From assembly GCF_020745735.1 (NCBI RefSeq), contig NC_083431.1:45536496-45600495 (forward strand): a stretch of DNA of 64,000 bases. The letters run 5' to 3'. Under the pieces are notes generated by a model, which saw nothing but the letters and a program-made list of their open reading frames with translations, was not told the origin of the DNA and ran no database searches. Within the stretch, counting starts at the first letter, position 1. Each line of letters starts with the position of its first letter. Shown piece by piece: positions 37,701 to 52,700 of this stretch. Made by a program: the position numbers and the translations under genes. The stretch is from Hemiscyllium ocellatum. Its lineage: Eukaryota.

Positions 37701-40700
37701 TAAGCACAATTGAGAACAGACCTTTCTCGGGTAATTACAAAATGAAAAATAAAATGTTGGAAGCTCAAGGAAATGGGATTCATAAATGCCAATGCCGTTA
37801 AAAAGAAACACTGCTCATAGCAATGGAGTAAACTTCACAGTAATTCATTTTTAAATTCTCTCATGTTTCCACTGGTGGCGCGATTATTAAATTAGTAGCC
37901 TCTTAACTAAATTACAATAACGTACACAGATCTGAGAATTTGTAAATGACATCAATTGAAGTTAAACAAGCGAGGGGCCCAGGTTACTTCAGCACATCAT
38001 TATTACCAGCGATCAGCCTGTTTGGACACATTATGATGCACTGTCACAGTATGGGAGATGAAGCCAGATCCTTTGGCCCAGAGGCAGGAACACTACCACT
38101 ACACCAGAACAGGCCTCACTTCAACACTAACAGACATCTACCGACAACAGCTGAGGAGATATGATCAGTAATGCTTCATTTTGTGAATAACAATCTGCCC
38201 CAAGCAAAGGCCTTGGATTCTCCTTTAACCATCAGTGGGGGAAAAACTTCAGAATGGAATCACAGCCCCTTCTGCATCATTGAACATATTCATAGTAAAG
38301 CATGCTGGTATCTAAGTGTTTAACAGTCCATTCAACACCAAATATTATTTTGTTTTTCCTACTCACACCCTTTATTGTATGTGGATGTTCATTCATTACT
38401 CACCATCAAGATTTTTTAAGGAAAATATTACATCCAGGTCTGCGTTTAATATTTTGCCAATCTCACTAACGATTGTCAAATCATTTGTGGGGAACACAGC
38501 CACGTGATCTCCACTTTCATACCTGCAACGGAAAAGGGGGAATAAAAGACACCAGATAAGGGTTTTAAACCAGTTGGTCCTGTGCATTACCACCTCTTTA
38601 ACTAGCCATAATAAAAAAAAATCAGATCGCTCATGCTCTCACATTCCCATATGGCAAAATTAGCCAAGACACTGCCTCAACTCCTCATTCATCCACTGAC
38701 ATGATCTTCACGGCAAGCTTCCCTGTGTACCACTGTCTATCCTCTTTAGATTTTCCTCTCCTCAATTGAAGTTTGAGTTCTCAGTTCCATTGAACAGTTT
38801 ATATGTATGCCTGTGGTGAGAGAAAACCTATGCAATAAACATAGTGGAGGAGGTGATGGCTGGAGGCTGGAAAACAAAATGGCATCAGTTTATCGTCCGT
38901 ATGTGCTGAATTCAATGTTGAGTCCTGAAGGCTGTAAAATGCTCATTAATCTAGCTTCAATTAGGACACTGCTGGAATAGCAGGCCTAGGTTCCAAATGT
39001 TTGCAGGACAGCAAGGTGGCAAGTTAAAATAGGATGTGGCTGGAAGGTCAGGAGCATTCTTGCAAAGGGAGGGGGTGTTCCACAAAACCTTCACCCAGTC
39101 TGCACTGGATGTAGAGGAGGGGGCGCGGTGAGCAGCGAATACAGTAGACTAGACTGAAAGCTGTACAAGTAAAATGCTGCTTCACCTGGAACAAGAGTTT
39201 GGGGCCTTGGACCGAGAGGAGGTAAAGGGACAGGTGTTACAACCTCTGCAATTGCATGGGAAAATGCCTTCACAACATCATGACCCACTCCTCTGTCACT
39301 CCCAACACCATGGAAAAGACAAGGAAGTTGTTCTATTATAAACTTCAACTCCTTAATCCAGTTTGACTGCTACTGAATAGACTCGCATTACACTTGATAA
39401 CACTCAAATACAGAGGAAACGCGATTATCTGAAAATCGGATTATCCAAAGGAGATCATGAGGTCCTGATGGAAACAGTACAAAGATGGGTTTCCAACAGA
39501 GTTCGCGTCTTTTGTTTATAGTAATTAAACAGTCACTGTCTCCAAATGACTGACTACTCTCCCTCTCTCTCTCCCCACACTTTCCCTGGAGTGCAACACG
39601 GGGGGGGGGTACCTTAAACTCCCCTACCTTTCCCAGATAATCTGACCAACATTGTCCTGTACAGGGCAAAGATTGAACCTGTCAAAAAGGTGCAGTAAAA
39701 AAGTGTGTGTGTACACGCATGTGTGCTGTTTGGAGATTTACCCCACAAAGGAAATTGCAGACTTGTTGTTGGTGTCTAGTCCAGCTGCCTGGAGAGGGGG
39801 CAGTGTTGCACGGAGGTTGGTATGGGGAGGGGGAGAGAAAGAAACAGTGTTGCATGGGAGCGGAGTCAGTGTTAGGGGTGGGGGCAGTGTTGGACAGGGA
39901 CCTGCGCGCTGCTGCAGTCTCCTGAACGGGGAGCAGACTTTAAAAACTCAGAGTCCTACAGGAAAGGCATTTAATCGATTAACCGAATAAAATAGTGCCC
40001 ACCCATCAAATTCGGATAATTGAGGTTCCCCTGTATACTGTTGATGATTCCATAATTTTAAACATAAATTAATTGGAAAGTTTTGAACAGTTATGTAAGA
40101 CCATAAGACTTGAGTGTCAAAGTGGGCCACTTGGCTTATCGCAGCTGATCCAATAATCCACAATTCCACTTTCCTGCCTTGTTCCTATAACCTTGGATTC
40201 ACTGATGTGAAGAAATTAGTTCTGATCTCTGTGTACTCTTCAAGTCATTAATTCAGTTTAGGTTAAATATGCTTGAAGTCATATTCCTCATGGTGTTCTT
40301 TGTAGTTACTTTGGAAAAACAATATTTCAGAATATTAATCAGCCTCTGTTTAAAGTCCAGATCTTTTTTCTTAAATACTCCTCTCTACCTTATGACTGAA
40401 ATACAAAACAGATTACTCCCCCCTACGTATGAGATTGATTCATATTTAACTATTTGAAGAAACCAGTGTCCCATTAAAAACAAACCAAAAGTCCTGAATT
40501 CTTTACCTAATCTTTGAACTGGTGATGTCCAGCTCGAGATGCATTAGGTGCCGTTCTCCTCCTTTGTTCAGTTTCCGGTTCACTGTCACAGATGCCAAAA
40601 AGGGATTCTTTGCATCATAAGGCCTGAGTTGGAAACAACATTAGGTTTGACCATCAGAGTGGTGCTCATATCGAACAAAGATAGCACTGCTCAATACTGG

Positions 40701-43700
40701 TGTCGGAGGACAACAAAACTGAAGGCCTGGGGAGATGGATTTTGGAAGCCAACTCATTTTACTCGGTCAGGAATAAGCTCACCATACACTCACCTAATCT
40801 TCCAATACTCCAAAACCCTTTAAAGTTCAATATCTCAAATTCCAGCCCACATTTCCTGATATTTTTTCTTTTTAAAGAGGATAGAGTGGAGCTGGAAAAA
40901 ACACAGCAGGTCAAGCATCAGAGAAGAAGGGAAATTGACATTTCAGGTGTGAACCTTCTGTGACCATTCCAAACTTGGTAGTATATCCCTTACTATGGAT
41001 CTTGGGATTATACATCACAGAAGGAAACCAGTGCTTTGAAATAATTGTCCAATTTGTGCCAGAAATTAGCAATGATCCCACTAATTTTTACTTTTTTACT
41101 GGGCTAACTTCAAATTCCTCTGAGTTTTATCTTGTCCATGGGCAACTCAACTTAAAAGGTACTGAAATTTCAAGATGTTTTGACTGGACTGTTCTTACCT
41201 GCCCCCATCATGCAGCCCATTCTCCTGTTTCCCACACCCCTATTCTGCTAAAGACAGAGTGTCTCACAATCATGGTTTCTTGTCCATTCGGTCAACAACC
41301 CTGTCTCTATCCACCTTCTTATACAATGGTTGGTATTAACAGGTTAGGCATGTGGGACAGGAATTACTCAGATTTTCCTGGCACACGTGACATTAAGGTG
41401 GAGTGCCATGATTAGCTTGGATGTGATTAGGTCAATAAAGTTGCCATTAAATAGTTCTGAAAATTGCCTGGTGAATGGTTCATCATGACTTAAATAAGAG
41501 TGGTCCTTTCACTCCCACAGAATGCACCAATCAGGTCTATTAACTTTGGGAAAAGGATATTGTAATGCACATTCATTTTAAAATGTAATATTCGGAGGTA
41601 GGCCAGGCCATAGTGAACTGACCTTGCTACCCCTTCATTCAGAAATGCTGTAGCAACTATTTAATGAAATGAGCAGAGATCAATTTACCAGTCTGTACAG
41701 TAGCCCTAAACAGGATGCGTTAGATGTTCTATGAAGACAAACAGCATTGTTGCAGTGAACACAAGGGAAATTAACTGCTTTGTAAATTAAACGTACTGTA
41801 GGCCTAAGTGTTATAAGGCATAGGTAGAATTACATAGAATTTTCAAACTGACCATAAGCTCAACTCAGCCTGATCTCAGGGCAAAAGTGAGGACTGCAGA
41901 CGTTGGAAACCAGAGTCTAGATTGAAGTGGTGCTGGAAAAGCACAGCAGGTCAGGCAGCTTCCAAGGAGCAGGAAAATAGATGTTTTGGGCAAAAGCCCT
42001 TCATCAGGAACGTCAATGTTCCTGTTCCTCGGATGCTGCCTGATCTGCTGTGCTTTTCCAGCACCACTCTAATCTAGATTCACCCTGATCTCAGTCTAAT
42101 CGATTCCTCCCACCATGTCCTGTATCATTCTATTTCTTTGGCCCTCATGTGTTCATTACACCATTACCGAAGTCATAGAATTACAGAATCCCTTCAGCCC
42201 AACAAGTCCACACCGACCTTCCAAAGAGTAAACCACCCAGACCCATTCCTCTACCTTTACCCCTGACTAATGCACCTAATCTACACATCCCTGAATACCA
42301 TAGCCAATTCACCTAACCTGCACAGTTTGGATTGTGTGTGGAATCCAGAGCACCCAGAGGAAACCCACACAGACACAGGGAGAATGTGCAAACTCCATGC
42401 AGGTAATAGCCCGCAGCTGGAATCGAACCTGGGTCCCTGGCGCTGTGAGGCAGCAGTACTAACCACTGAGCCACTGTGCTACCTCACAGCATCATTGCTT
42501 TCTCCTGAAGCAACACATGACAGTGAGTTCTTTCATTTTACTTTTGTATAGTGTGCAGAGATTTGAGAATTGAAGGGCGCAAAGACATCATGGAGAAAGG
42601 AAAGGGCAAGGTCACGGAGAATGAAAATTTAGAATTAAGACATTACTGCACCCAGGAATCAACACAGGTTATGGGCAAATGTTGTTAAGCAAATTTTCAT
42701 AAAAAAGCTTGTATTTATTCTGTGGAAATAAAAGTTTGATTACAATATTAGGCAAAGATCATCAAACAAATTAGAAACAGAGCAGAAATCTTTTGTTCTC
42801 AAAACTGACAGGGCATGTCAGGACATGTATAATTAGACTTTAATGTAACTTACTATCTTGGAACAATATGTTTTGAGATGAGCAGAGGTGGTGAAAATTA
42901 GCGCACCCCAAAAAAAGGGTGCAGAAATTCAGCACTTCCCCTTCCAACTCTGCTGTTGAGAATTCTAAGATCCTTGAGCTAATTTTTCACTAGTTTTGGA
43001 CAGTTCAGAAGCAATCAAATAGCAAACTATCTGTGCTGGGAAGAATCTGTAACAACTTGTTAAAGTCTCATCCTGTTGTTAACTGTTCTGGGATTTTACT
43101 AAGTAAGGAAAAAGTTCAGTCACTTTATTGAAGTATTTTGCAGGCGGTTGTGGGGAAAAGCTTTAGCTTGCAACTGTTTCCTGAGAAGTGTCATTTACCT
43201 TGGAAGTAGGACACAGGGAAGTAAGTAGTTGCACAAACACAGAGTATGAATCAACCAGTTACGCAGCTGTTTGGCAGGTTTCCAAGTAGTGAGTTAACTT
43301 AATGATTTCACAAAAAGGAATTACAATCCTCTTTCCAGAAAGATAAAAGCACATTTGAGGATCCTTATCTTCACAAAATGATTATAGCATTGACTATGTT
43401 GCAAAATTTAGACACGAGATGACTGCATTTCTGTGCTAAATAAGCTAGCCAGTTTCAATAAATGGGTTAGATAATAGATAACAAGTGGAATAAGTGCAGT
43501 GACAGGAGAATACAAAGCTCCTTCAATTTATAGCACTGAAATTAAGATTTCTGCTTGTTAAACTATTCAGACGTAGAGTCAGCGGTTACTGCAATACAAG
43601 CAATGACAATTCAAAGACAACTGTAAAAATTCACTTACGGTTTCTGAGTTTCATAAGCTTTCAGACGTCCCATCTCTCCAGTATAGACTTTATTCATGTT

Positions 43701-46700
43701 AATGTCGTTATGCACCACCAGCTCATATTGACGGATGCTGCAAAGCAGTAGATGCAACGTTACCTTTAAACTGCATCAACAAAGCACGAACAACCCCTAT
43801 ACTTGACAAGATAAACCAGTCTTGGTTATCAAAATCATTTAGATAGCAATTTCAAGCCCCCACAGCAGAAAGTTCAGTGACAATCTGTGACCAAAAAAGC
43901 AACTGATGGCTTTTTGGATTGGTTTTATTGTACGTTGCAGACATTCCTCCCAACCCCTCTGTTAACACTGATTGAACTACATTGTTCACGCAGTATATGT
44001 AAATGAAATATCGGAAATTGGTTAAATCCACGGTATTATAGCAATTCCATGCATACCACTGGTCAAAATTATGAAAAGCTCTAATGTATAACACTGAAGT
44101 AAGCTGACTTTCAACGTTAACGAGTTGCAAGTGTAAGACTCTTGGCCCCCGATGACTAGAATCAGTTCCGTTCTATTGTCCACTGCCCAGCTCTTTATAC
44201 AGTGAGACACAGATCAAAGAATTTACCCAGGATCTATACAATGACCTTTGTTGTTTAAACATGGCACTGACCTGGAATCGTCACCAGTGGCTTCAACTCC
44301 AAAATACTCACACACTGCTGGCCAGAATTGCTCACGCCACATGATGAAATCTTCCTCCAAGCTGACAGGTAGAAAAAGAGTTCTGATTAATTATACTGCA
44401 AACTCATTTCAGTGTTCAGGATTATGATTTAGGAATGACACAAAATGAGATGACAGGGTGTAGTGTGAATAAATGCCACACTTCACATTTTGCCACATAT
44501 CTAGCAGCGAGGGTCACTGTCCAATCACATCACAGTATGAGCACCATGCCATCGAAATAGAACTGGCTGTTGCTCTGTAACGGTCTCCTTCCTACTGCCG
44601 GGACAATACCTGGCCTGTGGATAGAAGATACATTTGTCAGGGAGGTAATCACACTGCAGGTAGGTGAGGAATGGGCAACTGCCTGGCAAATCCAGGGAAT
44701 CAGGCAGGTAAATTCAGAAGTCTCTGGAGCCCCATTGGAGGACTGGTTTGCCATTTTAGATACTGTTCAGGACAATAGCTTCTCCGCGTAGTGCAGCTAA
44801 TACTAAACCCGTGACACCCCTTTCTGAAAAAGGATGGTAAAGCAAAGAGAAAGAAAGAGGTAAGCTGAGAACAGACTGGCAGGAAACAAAGGGAGTCCCA
44901 TCGTCTTCTACAGGCACATTAAACAGGAAGTAAAGAGCAGTAAAAGGAGCGGTCTGGTTACCATTTTACATCAATCTTTACCAAGAAAGCAGATGTCACC
45001 CAGACCCAGGTGGAAGAAAAGGAAACTCAGTCAGAAGAGTTCAAAATTGACAAGGAAGTAATAGAACACAGAACATAGAACAGTACAGCACAGAACAGGC
45101 CCTTCAGCCCACGATGTTGTGCCGACCACTGCTCCTCATGTATACACCCTCAAATTTCTGTGACCATATGCATGTCCAGCAGTCTCTTAAATGTCCCTAA
45201 TGACCTCGCTTCCACAACTGCTGCTGGCAACGCATTCCATGCTCTCACAACTCTCTGTGTAAAGAACCCGCCTTTGACATCCCCCCTATACTTTCCTCCA
45301 ACCAGCTTAAAACTATGACTCCTCGTGTTAGTCATTTCTGTCCTGGGAAATAATCTCTGGCTATTGTCTCTACCTATGCCTCTCATTATCTTGTATACCT
45401 CAATTAGGTCCCCTCTCCTTCTCCTTTTCTCCAATGAAAAAAGTCCGAGCTCATTCAAACTCTCTTCATAAGATAAGCCCTCCAGTCCAGACAGCATCCT
45501 GGTAATCCAACCTTATGTTGGATAAGCTGTTGGCACACAGTATTGACAAGACATCAGGACTAGTTAAGGTGCACGAAAGGCTACTGAAGGAAGGGAGAGT
45601 AGAAATCATAAAGGCTCTGGCCACCATCTTCCCTAGACTTTGAGACAGTGCTAGAAGACTGACACATTGCAAACTTTACACCATTCTTCAAAAACAAGAG
45701 GTTCTAAGCACTTACAAAGCTGTCATATTAACATCAGAAACTTCTAGAATCAAATCATTTGGATTAATTTTAATAGTCATGTGGACAAACGTGGGAGAGC
45801 CAGCCTGGCTTTCTTAAGGGAAGAATCACATTTATCTGACTTCTTGGAACCATTCTTTCGAACATTACTCCTTTAGCCTAGTGGATATTTCCTTAATTTT
45901 CTTATCTCTATGCCAATTTGCACCTGGCTCAGCTTATAATGCAGAGATTATAGTCTTTGACTTCCTGTTTTTAAAATTTTGCTCCTAATTCTCAATATTC
46001 CCCAAACAGGAACTCTTGCCACTCCTGCCGAAGTTGTTGGTGCCAACATGGACCACAACTGGATTTGCCACCGGCCCCTCCCTTCCCAGTATCATTTCAA
46101 GCCAGTTAGCAATATTCCTCACCTTGGCACCAGATAGTCAAGGCACCATGCAGGACTTTCAATAATATTCACAAAGGATGCTCTCTTTACACCTAATTAC
46201 AGAATCCCCTACCACTTCCCTTTATGCTCCCTCTGCTTCAACTGGCCTCCTGTACCATGGCGCAGTGGTCAGTTTGCCCAACCTCCCTACAGTCCTTTTC
46301 CTCAACCACACAGGGGAGCAAGCAACTCAAACCCATTGGACAAGATCAAGAGCTGAGGCTCCTCCAATGCTAAATTCAGAATCCAGCCACCTGCCTCACA
46401 TCCTCCTGTCCCTAATCACTGGCCAAATTTGAAGTATTTAGCCTACAGGGTACGACTGCCTTCTGAAACAGGTAACTCTCCAGTGCACTGAGAGGTGCCG
46501 CACTATTCATAGCTCATGTCAGCAAATACAATCAGTCACTCATTACAAGAAACATTTACAGCAAATCTCCAATGCCCATGTGGAGACAGCATGTCAAAAC
46601 GAGAAATCATAATCTCATGCCAATCACACACTCATAATTAAAATGATGCGAGTAAAATTGTATAATCACAGCAGGCCTCTCGAGCTGGTTAAAGGTCATC

Positions 46701-49700
46701 ACAGGCTCAGCTGGCAGAGGATAATTAATTTTCATCAGTGTACGACTATCAAGTGGTTTAATCTTCCTTGTTTAAGTTAGCACAGGTTGTCATTTTCCAA
46801 GAACCTGTCTAAAAATAATGAAAGTTGACCGCATCAATTTAGTTAAAAATTGAATAAAACCAAAAATGCTCTAAGTGGTCAGCAGGTTTGGCAGTACCTC
46901 CCGAGAGAGAAACAGCGTTAACTCATCACATAGATGACAGTTTTGATGAAAGGTCTTTGAACTGAAATGTCAACTTTGCTCTTTGCTTCACAGAAGCTGT
47001 CAGACCTGGCAGTATTCACAACACTCTTAAATTTCAGTTTTCCAACATTCACAATATTTGATTCTTATATTAGTTGGAAATTGTCATGTGTCATAATAAT
47101 ACTTATTTAAAATTCATTTTAAATACATTGTTAAATAAAATAGGGGATGATAGGAAAGAAGAAAAACGCCTGGCGATAACTTGCTTTGCTGTGTCTGTAT
47201 ACCCTAAACCACTGCAGAGTACAATACCTTCAAGCATACAAGCGACTTTTACTTACAATTAATTTAGAGATGTAACTGTTTGCTCAAAAGAACACTTAAC
47301 TGCTCTGCCTCATTAATCACTCAGTTCTCTTGTACCTCATAAATGGTATCAGCATTGAACTGTGCCAGTTCACATCTTAGCAATTAGTCTGACCGCAGCA
47401 TTTGTGACTAGCTCCTGAAAGTCATGTGTAACTGTGAAGGCTTTCCACTAGCAGCATCTGGGCCTCAAATGTAACAATCCCAGTCACTGGACACATCACA
47501 TTTTAAAGTATAAAGCTTGATTTAAAATAAAACAATTAGTTTTTTTTAAGCCATTGTTGTAGCATTCAAACACAAAGCAATTAAAAGTTTTAACCTGGAG
47601 TGGGCAAGCAACTTTATTCTCAACTGCGATAGAAGAAAACACCAGTTATACTTTGCATCACAGTTCGGAAGCCCTAAAGGCCATAACACTCTACTAAAAA
47701 GAACTTGCCAAAATAAAAAAAAACTGACATTTTCATAAAGTTTTGACTAACAAAAGCACTCACTTGCCGTCATCATCGCCCAGGCCCAGTTCAAAGATCC
47801 TTTCTGCTCCCAGCTGTTCCAGTCTCTTGTTTACGTACTTGCCCATCGCATTAAAGTGCTCATAAGTTTTATTTCCAAGTCCAAAGACCTAGAAGAAAAC
47901 AAATTTTTAACAATCAGATATTGGATCGATTGTTACCTTTTGTTTGGGAAACATGAGTTCAGTGAAATGTCCTTACAGTTTGTAGAAGTGTTTATGAGGA
48001 CTAAACTCCACAAACCAGACTTTTCATATTTCTGAATCAAAGTGCAGTATAATGTTTCAATAATCCTGAGGGTCTACATACTAAATGACAATGCATACTT
48101 CAAAATTCAGACCACAGCAGTTTGGGTAGCCAAGTTCAATTCGCAATTATTATGTGTGAAGATCGATTTTCCTATCCTTCGCCTGCCTTTCCTCAACTGC
48201 AGCAGATTACAATCAATGGAATTTATTAATTGCTTTGACTACCACCCTCTCATCAAAGATTGCTTGAAGCACCGTACTCATCTTTCACTCTTTTGCAGCT
48301 GGCCCAGATGTAAGTGGAGAAGACCACAGTCCGGCTGAGAAGAGAGTCTCATCTCTAACTTCATCAGCATATTGAATTCAGGCTCCAACAGTACAATTAA
48401 CAGTTGGCAGCTCAGAAAACATTCCTCATGGGTCAGAAAAAGCCATCAGTGGAAAGGACTGTTAGTTCTATGGGATAAATGACTTCTGCATTACCTTGTG
48501 GAGAAGGATGAATGATCCTTAAAGATGCATTCAGCCTGTCAACTGCGGTTTCTCCCTTACCCAGCACAGTTGCATATCAGAGGGGGAAAACTCCCTGTAC
48601 CTTATCGAAACACTTGCTTAGTCCATTCTAATTGTCAGGGAGAGTTTACAAGGGGCCAGGCAGAAACTTATTGGCCCTTGCTTTCCTAACCAGCAACAAA
48701 CCAGCTGCTAGGCAGGAAACAGAATAAAAACTCCAGATCCTGCTGGCAAATTCAAAAGATTTTACATGTCGTCAGACTTGCTGGAATTCACTCTCACTCC
48801 ACTACACCACCTTCTCTGGTAATTGGGACTCTGCTGCAGTAATCCCCATCTTGGAGAGCATTAAGCTTCAATGGAAAACTGGAATTGCTACAGAGACAGA
48901 TAAAGACCTACCTGATTCATTTTCTATCACCCTGGAAGCCATGTTGTATCAATGATAACCACTGGCAAGAGATGCTGGCTACTCACTGCAATGAATCTTC
49001 ACAACAGACCCAAACATTATGAGGAACACACCGCTGATTGAGTGCTTTAGGAACCTGAGGTGCTAAATCACGTGTTTATTTAAAATTCACTTGCAGGATG
49101 TGGGCATTGCTGGTTGGATCAGCATTTATTGCCCATCCCTAGTTGCCCTTGAGGTGGTGGTGGTGGTGGTGGTGGTGGAGTTTGCTTCTTGAATCGCTGC
49201 AGTCCATGTGCTGTCTGTAGAGCCACGTGCTGTTAGGGGAGGAATTCCAGGATATTTGACCTAGTGATAAACTTGTGGTATATTTGTAGGAGTGGTGATA
49301 TATTTGTAAGTCAGGATGGTGAGTGAGGAAAACTTGCTGGTGGTAGGGTCCCCACATATCTGCTGCCCTTATCCTTCTGGATAGAAGGTGTCATGGGTTT
49401 GGAAGGTGTTATCAAAGGATCCTTGGTGAATTTCTGCAATGCATCTTGTAAATGACACACAGTGCTGCGACTGAGCATCTATGGTGGAAAGAGTGGGCGT
49501 TTCTGAAATAGGTTCTGCATTGAAATTCCAGAGTAGGGGCTTGAACCCACTGATTCTTAGGCAAGAGAGTTACCATTGAGCCACAGTTGCAGTGTTTTCT
49601 TCCCAAGTATGCTATATCTGCCACATATCGTGCCTCAAAACATGAGAGAAGTGTTGGTGCAGTAGTAAATGTCAAGGAGCCGATAACCCAGAATCTCACA

Positions 49701-52700
49701 CCAATGTTCTGGGGACAGAGGTTCAAATCCCATGACAAATTGAATTTTAAATTCAATAAAATTTGGAATTAAAAGATGGTCTCATGGCAACATACAATGA
49801 TTGCCGATTGTTGTAAAAACTCATCTAGTTCACTAATACCCTTCAGGGAAGAAATTCTGCAGGGCGTCTGGAATCACTTATAGACCAGAATTGGTAAGGC
49901 CAGCAATGTGATTGATTCTTAACTGCCCGGAATGCAATAAACGCTGATCTAACCAGCGACACCCTCATCCATACATGAATTTTTTTAAAAAAGCAGAAAT
50001 TCCAAGCTGCTTTTGGGACATCATTTCTATTGAAATCTGCCTACAGAACTCTCGAGAAACTAAACCACACTGTAAGTAATCTAATCTGATCTAATCTGAT
50101 CTAAAACATGAGCAAATGTTTTTTAAACTATGATTCACAATGCATGATTTTGCAAGTTAATTTCTGCACTTGCAACATATATGTTACAGATTACTTTTTA
50201 TTAAACAAGAAAGAAACATTTCAAAATAAAGCCCCTGACGTGAATATACTACAAATTGCATTTCATTAACTACACAGATTGTACAATTCACCAGTCTTCA
50301 TGTTTCTCTGAAATTACCTACACATTAATTTTGGTTATACAAGAAGTCACAAACCTTTGTCCATTTTTCTTTAGTACTTACTGCATATTTCACACCAGCT
50401 AGATCTAGATCAGTCTCTTGCATCCAGTCATAGAAATCTTGTGCGTTGTCAGTGGGATCACCTTCGCCATATGTAGCCATGCAGAAGATTGCCAGTGAGT
50501 TCTCTACTTCTGTAAGTCGATTTAGTTCAGACTGAAAGGAAAAAATAGAAAATTGCGCAGAAGTCGATCAAATGTCAAATGCAATAATCCCAAAATGCTG
50601 AATAGCCAATGGATCATGCTTGAAGCATATTCACTATCAACACATTGTTAAGCAATAGTCAATATCCATCAAGGTCTGACATACAGTAAATAAATGGGGC
50701 TAGATATAGGTTTTTGGTAGAACTGATAGATGGTAAAATTGCTTCCAAAGACATCAGATTAAGTTTTCTTTTCTAGCACACCATGGGATATTTTATTTTC
50801 AGGCAAGCACATCGTCAAGTTTGTGCTCCTGGTCAATACCTATCCCCTCAGTCTTCATTTCTAGAACAAATTATCCGACTATTGTATTGCTATTTGAGCA
50901 ATTTTGCTAGGTGCAAATTTCTTACAACAATGGCTTCAGAAAGTCTTTCAAGAGTGGTCAATCTGAAGTTGCAAAGTCTCTAAATTAAAGCAAGGCCTTT
51001 CTTTTGTCAAAGGTGACACCTCTGAGAACATAGCGTGCCCTCACCCCCTACACCATAAACTCTCAGTCCAGAGTGCGTACTTTAAATCCTAGAGGGTACT
51101 TTCTCTGCCTCAGGATGAGCAATTGCATTATCTTGCCTTTTGTGTGAATGATTAAGCAAATTAAACAGTAGAATAAAGTTAAAATTTAATATACACTTCA
51201 GGTTCAAAAATGTAATGTTTACTCCTACATCCCAATGTAGGCTACTATACCAAGCACTGCATTTACAATTTCCAGAGGTCACCTGGAAAATTTTGAGATA
51301 GTTTAAGGTGCAGAATTTGTAAATGAGAGTCTTGGGGAAAGGGAGGGTTTATATCTGTTGACCGAAGGTAGCACTGCTGGGACTGAAAAGCAGTCAGCAC
51401 TGGGAGGTGGAACATCTCAGGCACAGGTCAGAAGACTTGATCACATAACCAATTTCCAAAGCCCCTCAACACTGCATCGTGGCTGCCAAGGCAATGGGTT
51501 CCATTTTTCAAAAACAGTGTTGAGTGTGTACAAATGAGAGTTCCATTAGATTGTTAAGAGTTTCATTTCTTTTCATCTCCACATCGCTCCTGACCATTGC
51601 CCATTGTGGATACATGGGAAATGGTGACAGTGATGGCAGAAGGGTGGGAAATATGGGCTAACATGGAGGGGGCAGCAAAAGTCCGTTCCTGTGGAGGTCT
51701 GAGAAGGAGGAGGCTACAAAGGCCCTAAGTTTTCAAAACCACAAACTGGATGATGTTTTCACTAGTCCTGCCTCAGCGCTCTCCTGCAGCCACTTCTGCT
51801 CAGCTTCTAGAGTTAGCTTCCATCCCGATATCTCCCTGGAGTGAAAACGGACTGTAGTGGGGCTCAGTAAACCGAGGTAGGTCTGCTGGGTCAGGAAATT
51901 TCTTAATTCAAGCTACCCATGTTGGTGGTGACAATCCAGCTCTCTATTATCCTCTTTTCACCCGAGACTCTCCCTAACAATCCGCCATTGATCAAACTTT
52001 TGCACATCACTCAGAACTCTTCCTTTAAGATAGAGTTTTTTTTTAAAAGAAGAATTTCGGATACTTTTTATTAGTAGTTAAAAGGTTGTTCACTCGTTCA
52101 AGGTTTTATTGTATGAATGTTCTACTGCCATCTGATAATGGTGCAGTTTTGCCCTCCTGGATATGCCTTCACTAAACTGACACTGCTATTTCCCCATCAG
52201 CCACACTTAACATAGCTGATTCCTAGTTATGAATTCACTATCTGTCCCTTCATATTATAGGGAAATTAAAAGCACTCCGGGACAATTCTAAATACTTCAT
52301 TGGAAAATTAAAAGTGAACAGTCATCATTCCCTGTTTCCTAGAATAGGGTCAGACATATGATCATTTATTAGCGTAGCCACACCAGGAATTTGTTTTTGC
52401 TGCAATTAATATCATTGCATTAGCAGTAATACACACACAGCTTCTGAAAGTCACTAAACTTTGATCTCAAGAGAAGTCACAAAGCTGAATACACTAGTCT
52501 CCTATTTCTGGTACACTGTGGTCAACAAGTCTTGCTTCATGTAATTGATTATCTCATTTCAATAGAACCCTTTTTAACACACACAGGTAAGACAATTCTG
52601 CGAAGATTTGTTTTCTGTATGTGAAACAATTCCTTCTTTAATAATAATTGATTAATTTATTAAAGTGAATAAACTAGCAATAAAGCACTATTCAAGAAGA

